From assembly GCA_951406725.2 (NCBI GenBank), contig OX597814.1:89776001-89840000 (forward strand): a stretch of DNA of 64,000 nucleotides. The letters are read 5' to 3'. Positions 56,651-64,000 of the stretch are shown here, piece after piece. The notes beneath the pieces are model-generated. The model was not told the DNA's origin, did not search any database, and saw only the letters and a program-made list of their open reading frames with translations. Position 1 is the first letter of the stretch, and each line of letters starts with the position of its first letter. A program made the position numbers and the translations under genes. The stretch is from Octopus vulgaris (lineage: Eukaryota).

Positions 56651-56794
56651 TATCTACATACATATATATATATGTATATTATTTATATTATTATTTAATT
56701 GAACGCCACGCATCCATTTCCATGTATATGTACATACATACATGCATAATACATATATATAGCGAGAGAGAGAGAGAGAGAGAGAGATAGATAA

Positions 56795-56878
<84 letters not shown>

Positions 56879-56994
56879 GGATATAGATATACATATTATG
56901 TTGCGAAGATGGTCCTGTCGCAGTTTTAGTATACTTTTTCAAAAATACTTAGGTCAACACTGGCATGAGATTTTATATTTTAATGATGCTTTTC

Positions 56995-58568
56995 TCTCTT
57001 CCAGGTTTGCTGAATTGAGCAAAGCATTCCACACTGTTAATCGAAATGCTCTGTGGGTAATTATAAGGGAAATAGGTTGCCCAGAAAAATTTGTAAACTT
57101 GATCAGGACTTTGCCTCAAGATATGAAAGCTAAATTTATTTTGGTGGTAGGCTCCCTGAATCTTTTGCTGTGGAGAATGGAGTAAAGCAAGGATACTTTG
57201 GTGCACCCACCTACTTTGCAATATATTTTGCTGTTGTATTGTCACATGCTTTTCAACACTCTGAGGAGAGTATTTACATATAGTATTGAACAACAGGAAA
57301 GGTTTTTAATCTGACCAGACTGAAATTCAAAATGAAGGTTTTTACTTCACTCATTAGGGAACTTTTATACGCGAACGATTGCGATCTTGTCAGTCATTCT
57401 GAAACATGTCTGTAATCTCTTGTATCTGCATTTGACTCAGCTTGTGATGATTTCGGCTTGATCATCAACTTGAAAAAAGTTGTAATGCATCAACCTGCGT
57501 GTGGTGCTGTTTGTAACCCCCCTAAATTTTTATTAAGGCAAAGTTACTTGAGGTTGTCGATTCGTCCGTCTACCTTGGAAGCTCTGTTCAAAATGAGGGA
57601 AATCTTGATATAGAAATACATCTGCAAATTCAAATGGCAGCAAAAGCATTTGGTTGTTTGGAATCACGTGTTTAGTGCCAGCGACATATAAATAAGAATA
57701 CAAATCTGGCTCTTTAGAAATCCTTTGTCTTACCATCCCGTTGTATTCCTGTGAACTTGGGACTTGTTATGAAAGGCATTTTAAATTGTTAGAACAATAC
57801 TACCAAAAATGCCTTCATCGCATATTAAAAATTAAATGTCGTTCTTTTACTCCAAACACAGATGTCTTTGCATCTGCAGGCATCACCTCAATTAAAGCTA
57901 TGATTTTGAGGAACCAACTGAGATGGTGTGACCATATTGTTCGAATGGCAGATGAACGCATGCCGAAACAGCTGTTTTATGGTGAACTTGCAGAGGGGAA
58001 ACGCTATCGGCGTAAGCCTAAAAAAAGGTTGAAGTCACTGGAAATGGTTCCAGAAGATATAAAAACCCTTGCTTCTGATCGAGTTGGATGGCGAACAAAA
58101 GTGTGGAATGGAGTGAAATCATTTGAAGAGGTCAGGATGACACAAGTAAGATTTAAAAGAGATCTAATGAAGAATGTAACGATCGAGAGGGTGAATAACA
58201 ATGATCTTTTTATGTGCACTGTCTGTGACAGACCATGCCTGTCTTTTGTTGGCCTCAAATCTCAGCTGCGAACGTATGGAAAGCAAACCTCCACCAGCTA
58301 TTCTGCCTATATGTCTGTGCAAACCTTTGAATGCAGTGTTTGCAGGAAGGTTTGCAAATCCAACGGAGGCCTCAAGGGACAATTTAAGATCCATAAAGAG
58401 CAGAACTTATCTACAGGTCTTGGTGGTCCAGATCAGATATACAATCTATGTGGCTGTCTTTTCAGAACTTTGTCTGGTTTAAAAAGCTACATCAGATGCT
58501 ACGATGGTGCTAAGGTGTAGGCACAAGTGGTGGTCAAACTCTGTATAAAGAGTTGACAACCACCATAC

Positions 58569-58570
<2 letters not shown>
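56995..58570 (+). mobile_element. 5'-truncated RTE (BovB-like) LINE, decayed
   Basis: LSKAFHTVNR, GCPEKFVNLIR, NGVKQG, RELLYAND, NQLRWCDHIVRMADERMPKQLFYGEL; C-terminal C2H2-like motifs; 3' hairpin at 58527-58564. Confidence 0.9.
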
Positions 58571-58604
<34 letters not shown>

Positions 58605-58954
58605 ATTTAGAACTTGTAACATCTAATGTAAAATGTAAACGGAATATTGATAGTCACCAAATATAGCTAAAACAACCAAATCTCAAGCTGTCCTCTTCAT
58701 CAAAGTTTGGTAATATAGAGGTAGAAAGTCGGATACGTCATGGAGCGACTGTGAAAATAGAAAAACAAAAGAACAATAACAAGAAAGGAATGTATTCATA
58801 TGAAAAATTGCATGGACACTTTATATGACGTAATCAATTCTAATCTCTAGAGCTATTTCGGATAATCGATGTTTGGTTGATATTACGAGCATATTATGAA
58901 CGTAAGTCCAATATTGCATCGATATTGTATGTATACCTGAAAGCAAAACAGAAG

Positions 58955-59093
58955 TATCAGCAAGAACAGATTTTGATAGCTCTGTGCACCGGAACAATCA
59001 GGCCAATTGCGTTTGGTAGATAATATATATAATCTACCAAACGCAGTTTGCCTGATTGTTATAGTGCACAGAGCTATCAAAATCTGTTCTTGT

Positions 59094-59098
<5 letters not shown>
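58955..59098. repeat. ~144-bp near-perfect palindrome centred on a (TA)n loop
   Basis: caagaacagattttgatagctctgtgcac...tgcgtttggtagat pairs with atctaccaaacgca...gtgcacagagctatcaaaatctgttcttg. Confidence 0.9.
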
Positions 59099-59129
<31 letters not shown>

Positions 59130-59366
59130 ATCAAAACAGTTTGCTTCCAATTCTATTGTCATTTTAAGTTTCAGAGAGGGATGCTAATCCTCAGACATGG
59201 GAATGTATATCTATCTATCTATCTATCTATCTATCTGTCTGTCTGTCTGTCTGTCTGTGTCTCTCTCTCTCTCACTATATATATATATATATATATAAGA
59301 AAACGCAAAAATAGACAGATAATTAAATATATAATTACTTATTAATTATAAAATAGGACATCATCT

Positions 59367-59441
59367 CTGACAGCTGTTTCGATTCAAGACTTCTTCAAAT
59401 TAATATAATTGAAAACATTTTAAAAATGAATCTCATCGGAG
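59367..59441 (-). ncRNA. Hammerhead ribozyme with CCGAUGA core
   Basis: Minus strand: CCGATGA, stem II gattca/tgaatc, GAAA, palindromic cagctg, GUC site; stem I only 2 bp. Confidence 0.65.
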
Positions 59442-60344
59442 GTTGCTACAGATATGCTATTAGATGTTCGTGTTCCAGTGTGTTGAGTGTACAGCTCTAA
59501 CGGTTTAGAACCGTACACTCAAAATATCAGTTCTACAAATTGGAAATATAGAGTCAAGCAGAGGCAGGGCAAAGGAGATAGGTGTAAAAACGGGTAAGGA
59601 AGAGAAGAGGGTGAGAAGAAGGGTTGTTGAGGATGATCAACCTGTCAACTATAGACATGTGCTCCATACAGTGGCTATAAAAGTAGAAGTGGTAAAATAT
59701 TAACGTCTAGCATTTTTTTAGCGTTTCATATGCATTTTAAATGTTATACGTATGCTATTTTAATCTAATGCTGTTTCAGGAGCGTATATTGATGGATAAA
59801 TGTGTTTGACTTCATTATAGTATCTGGAGAAAAAGGGTGAAAAGAAGAAAAGAGGTGGAATACGGATGAGTAACAGATAAGCGAGAGAAAGAAGAATAAG
59901 CAAATAAGAAATATACGAAAGAGAAGAACAAGAGCAAGATAAAGAAGATGAAGTAAACGGATTATTAACGAAACTTTGCGGAAGCATGGACAACAAACTG
60001 ATTAATAAATGAAAAATATATGAAAACAATATATGAACGTATATAAAAATGTATAAAGCAGACATAAAAAGAAGAAATACTCTGGAGCTACTACAAAGTA
60101 AATGCAGTAATTGCATGAATCAAATATATTTTGGAAAAACGAAACTAAATGGAATACAAATCGTTATGATGCATCAAAATATATATATATATACACATAT
60201 GCAGCATAAGCACTCTCATATATACCTATATACATTTACATTCAAGTATGTACACTCAAACACACACATTAATGCAGCATGTTTATATACTCCCACACAT
60301 TGATATAATTAAATAAACACTCGTACTCGTATATATGTGTCTGC

Positions 60345-60376
<32 letters not shown>

Positions 60377-60401
60377 GTATGTATATATATATATGTGTGT
60401 G

Positions 60402-60439
<38 letters not shown>

Positions 60440-60616
60440 TATATATATATATGGGTGTGTGTGATTGTGTATAGAAGAATATATTAATAAAAAGAATTCC
60501 AACCTTGTCTGATTTTCACGTTTTATTTACAATCTTATAATGATATATTATAAGATAATATATTATAATTGAATAAAATAAAATGAAATAGTAGAATGTT
60601 AAATATTCATTCTGAT

Positions 60617-60661
60617 TGAACTAGTACTTTCATGCATTGAATTCTGCAATCTTCGGGTTCA
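60617..60661 (-). ncRNA. Minimal hammerhead in the 3' pseudo-LTR (sense to the ORF)
   Basis: tgaac-CCGAAGA-ttgca..tgcat-GAAA-gtac-TA-gttca. Confidence 0.8.
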
Positions 60662-61155
60662 TGTAGTAGTGTTGACAGTCATGCTTCACAATTTTTGACT
60701 GTAGCAAGATGAGTGATTCTGTGCTATAAATACAGCTGGGTAGGCTCCAGAGTGCTAGGTTTTGCAAACTGTATTCTGACCAATCAGTGTGTAGTATCAC
60801 TCAATTACTTAAGCTGATTGGTTGGTTGAGCTGATTGGTTTAGGCATCACGCTTTGTTGGACAGGTCAAGAGTCCTGTATCTTGACCCTGGCCGAAGCAG
60901 CAATTGTTGGGTTATTTTTAGAAATGTTGTAAATATCCTTTGTCAGAGATTTTTATATTTTTATATTTCAATTGTCATCATCATCATTGTCAGCACCTTA
61001 ATTATTGTTGCTAGTGGTGATGGTGGTGGCAATAGAACTTTTAACCCTAAATAAGATAATTTTCCTGCTATCTTCGTCTTGATCACCTTTAGTATTGTTG
61101 TTGTTGTTAGTGGTCATGGTCGTAGCAGTGGAAGTAATACCTCTAAGTATTATTA

Positions 61156-63366
61156 TTATTGCTTATTTAGCTTGGGTTCGAATTTATCAATAAAATTCTT
61201 TTCTCTGATTTTCCTCTCGATTTCACTTGGGCTGTGTAATTTGTAGAATGGAAATATTATATATATTTTCCGACCACATGTTGCTAGGTGGTTACTCAAA
61301 GGTATCTGACGGACCTCTGGGTCTCTAATCTGTTGCCGGTGTACACGTGAGCGTTCTAATAGTGCGTTTCCCGTCTGACCTACATATATTTCTTCACAAT
61401 TTGGGCATTTGATGCAGTAAATTAAATTTCTGCTTTTGCAGTTCATATTCGCGTTTGTGAATATTTTCCCGGTTTTTGTGTTTATATATTGACCGGTATG
61501 TATGAATTGGCATGTGCCACATCGGCTATCATTGCATTTAGATACCGTGAATGTTTGGTCTTTGTTGCTGAGGTCAAATTTTGCCTTTGTTAGTAATGTT
61601 TTCAAGTTTTTAGGCTGTCTTTTACTAAGCACCATAGCTCGATCCTTGATTATGTCTTTTAATTCATTACTTTGGGCAATGATTGGAAGGTTTGCTTTGG
61701 CAATGTTGAAGATATTCTGGTGACATGGGTTGTGTGTCACTATGAATGGTATGACTTGTTCTTGTTTTCCTCTTCCTTGGGTTGTCCTAAGTTGTTGTAT
61801 AGGTATTTTTATAGCCCGCTGTATGCCATTTTCTATAAGTAGAGATGGGTATTTTTGTTTGAGCAAAAATTCTCTTAGTTCTATTAGGCGTTTGTTCCTG
61901 ATATTTGCATCTTCTACAATAGTACAAATTCTTCTGGCTAGGCAGTATGGGATGTTACGTTTTGTATGTGGTGGATGGCACGACTTAAAATTTAGGTATT
62001 GATGTGTGTCTGTGTGTTTATAGTATATATCTGTGGTGATGGTGGTGTCTTTTTTAATTACCATTATATCCAGGAATGGTAATTTGGTACTACTCATCTC
62101 CTTTGTAAATTTGAGAGATGGGTGTAGGTTGTTCAGGAGGATATTGAACTCTTCCAGAGTATTTAGAGATTCTGTCCAGATTATGAAACAGTCGTCTAGG
62201 TATCTCTTCCATGCCTTTTCAATATACTTTCTAAATCCAGTGCCATAGTTTACCTCCACCTCTTGGTAGAGTTGTTCTTCTAAGTATCCCATTACAGAGT
62301 TGGCGTAAACGGGAGCAAACCTCGTTCCCATCGCCGTGCCTCTAATTTGGATGTAATTCTTTCCATTGAAGAAGAATGTGTTATTTTCTAGAATAAGTTT
62401 GACTGTGTCTAATATAAATGGCACTGTGAATCTGCTGGGAATCACTTCTCTATGTTTTTCTAACCAGTATTTAATCGCCTTTATTCCTAAATCGTGTGGA
62501 ATATTGGTGTAGAGGCTTACCACATCAAAACTTAGCAAAACTGAATTTGTTTCTGTTGTTTTGGGAAGATGGGACAGGAAGTCGATGTCATCCCTGATGA
62601 AACTTGGTATGTAAGTACATAGTGGTTTCAAAACAATGTCAATAAAATTGCTTAGACGGTGTGTAGGGCATGCTGGACCAGCTATAATAGGTCTAAGTTT
62701 TAGGTCTTTTGGATGTAATAATTTTATGTACTCACTTTCTTGTTCTTTTACTGCCTGTTGAATGTTTTTTGATTTGTGTATTTTTGGTAAGCCGTAGAAG
62801 TTGCTGGGTTTTGGTTCAAAATTGGTGATGTAGTCTTTTTCATTATCCGTAAGTGAGTTGTGGTGTGTTGAAATCAGGTTGTTGATCTTTTTCATGATGT
62901 GGTGGTCTATATTTGCGGGTATTTCACAATAGAAGGTTGTATCCTTCAGTTGGTCTTCAACCAAATCCTTATAGTATTCGGTATCCATAATAACAGTTGC
63001 ACCACCTTTATCTGCTTGTTTAATTATTATTGTTTGATCGTTTTGTATACGTTTACATGCAGACAACTCTGATTTGCTAATGTTTGGCCTAACATTGGTA
63101 TTGCGTCTAAGGGGAAATTTAGACAGGATATCAATGTATTGGTCAAGGTAGTTATTTCTTCCTTTTGGTGGGGTGAAATTTGATTTATTCCTTACTAGGG
63201 ATTCATCAATCTCATTACTTTTGTTAGCGAAGAATTCTACAAGTCGTAATTTTCGACAGAATTTTTGGATATCCTCCTTTAATTCTTGGTGGTTGGCTGT
63301 TGGTGTAGGTGTGAATTTCAGTCCTTTTAAAAGTTCTATTGCCACCACCATCACCACTAGCAACAA
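61156..63366 (-). CDS. Penelope-like reverse transcriptase / GIY-YIG endonuclease (N-terminally truncated, open frame)
   Basis: RT motifs SFDVVSLYTNI, GTAMG and RYLDD; Cys linker CNDSRCGTC typical of the Neptune clade; GIY-YIG NLIYCIKCPNCEEIYVGQT...RE...PKLN. The first 13 codons come from the inverted repeat. Confidence 0.93.
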   Translation of the reverse strand: MLLVVMVVAIELLKGLKFTPTPTANHQELKEDIQKFCRKLRLVEFFANKSNEIDESLVRNKSNFTPPKGRNNYLDQYIDILSKFPLRRNTNVRPNISKSELSACKRIQNDQTIIIKQADKGGATVIMDTEYYKDLVEDQLKDTTFYCEIPANIDHHIMKKINNLISTHHNSLTDNEKDYITNFEPKPSNFYGLPKIHKSKNIQQAVKEQESEYIKLLHPKDLKLRPIIAGPACPTHRLSNFIDIVLKPLCTYIPSFIRDDIDFLSHLPKTTETNSVLLSFDVVSLYTNIPHDLGIKAIKYWLEKHREVIPSRFTVPFILDTVKLILENNTFFFNGKNYIQIRGTAMGTRFAPVYANSVMGYLEEQLYQEVEVNYGTGFRKYIEKAWKRYLDDCFIIWTESLNTLEEFNILLNNLHPSLKFTKEMSSTKLPFLDIMVIKKDTTITTDIYYKHTDTHQYLNFKSCHPPHTKRNIPYCLARRICTIVEDANIRNKRLIELREFLLKQKYPSLLIENGIQRAIKIPIQQLRTTQGRGKQEQVIPFIVTHNPCHQNIFNIAKANLPIIAQSNELKDIIKDRAMVLSKRQPKNLKTLLTKAKFDLSNKDQTFTVSKCNDSRCGTCQFIHTGQYINTKTGKIFTNANMNCKSRNLIYCIKCPNCEEIYVGQTGNALLERSRVHRQQIRDPEVRQIPLSNHLATCGRKIYIIFPFYKLHSPSEIERKIREKNFIDKFEPKLNKQ

Positions 63367-63532
63367 TAATTAAGGTGCTGACAATGATGATGATGACAAT
63401 TGAAATATAAAAATATAAAAATCTCTGACAAAGGATATTTACAACATTTCTAAAAATAACCCAACAATTGCTGCTTCGGCCAGGGTCAAGATACAGGACT
63501 CTTGACCTGTCCAACAAAGCGTGATGCCTAAA

Positions 63533-63675
63533 CCAATCAGCTCAACCAACCAATCAGCTTAAGTAATTGAGTGATACTACACACTGATTGGTCAGAATAC
63601 AGTTTGCAAAACCTAGCACTCTGGAGCCTACCCAGCTGTATTTATAGCACAGAATCACTCATCTTGCTACAGTCA
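63533..63675 (+). promoter_or_regulatory. Putative pseudo-LTR promoter (mirror copy at 60696-60838 on the minus strand)
   Basis: CCAAT at 63533 and 63550, ATTGG at 63587, TATTTATA at 63639, upstream of the hammerhead and of AATAAA at ~63844. Motif-based only. Confidence 0.45.
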
Positions 63676-63709
63676 AAAATTGTGAAGTATGACTGTCAAC
63701 ACTACTACA

Positions 63710-63754
63710 TGAACCCGAAGATTGCAGAATTCAATGCATGAAAGTACTAGTTCA
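63710..63754 (+). ncRNA. Minimal hammerhead in the inverted 5' pseudo-LTR
   Basis: Exact reverse complement of 60617-60661. Confidence 0.8.
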
Positions 63755-64000
63755 ATCAGAATGAATATTTAACATTCTACTATTTCATTTTATTTTATTC
63801 AATTATAATATATTATCTTATAATATATCATTATAAGATTGTAAATAAAACGTGAAAATCAGACAAGGTTGGAATTCTTTTTATTAATATATATATATAT
63901 ATATATACACGCAAACACACGCACATAGATATATCCCTGTCTGTAAATATATACTTATATCTATCTATATTGACAGTGGAATATATTAGCGTATGGGTAT

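Larger units (their letters stand above)
60479..63892 (-). mobile_element. Young Neptune-type Penelope-like retroelement with inverted pseudo-LTRs
   Basis: RT + GIY-YIG ORF between ~566-bp inverted repeats (60479-61044 / 63327-63892; one mismatch seen, 60683 vs 63688); lies in TA-rich microsatellite. Confidence 0.95.

Noticed and set aside
60854-63517. Identical peptides MLDRSRVLYLDPG... on both strands, and a DNA-transposon interpretation of the long inverted repeats
   Set aside because: The peptides result from the inverted duplication; the enclosed ORF is RT/GIY-YIG, not a transposase.

Overview
AT-rich, microsatellite-saturated eukaryotic DNA with no host protein-coding gene that I can support. 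The repeat families resemble coleoid cephalopod (Octopus-like) sequence; this is an inference from recognition, not a database result. Nearly all long ORFs in the track are translated simple repeats. The real content is mobile DNA: a young Neptune-type Penelope-like retroelement (RT + GIY-YIG, open 736-codon frame, 60479-63892) with ~566-bp inverted pseudo-LTRs; a decayed second Penelope; R4/Dong-type and RTE LINE fragments; a Tx1/L1-like ORF1 relic; mariner, maT-like, Mutator (FLYWCH/MULE), hAT-MITE and Helitron-like DNA elements; three SINE families; and a ~550-bp (TAA)n-flanked non-coding repeat. The main hidden signal is RNA structure. By eye I count 11 minimal hammerhead-ribozyme folds (9 distinct sites, two duplicated in inverted repeats) with palindromic stem III, plus relics. 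Most lie in short non-coding units between (TA)n tracts, and two unrelated ones share a non-canonical CCGANGA core. The window also holds several fold-back or locally templated inverted insertions. All folds and coordinates were read manually and none was computed.
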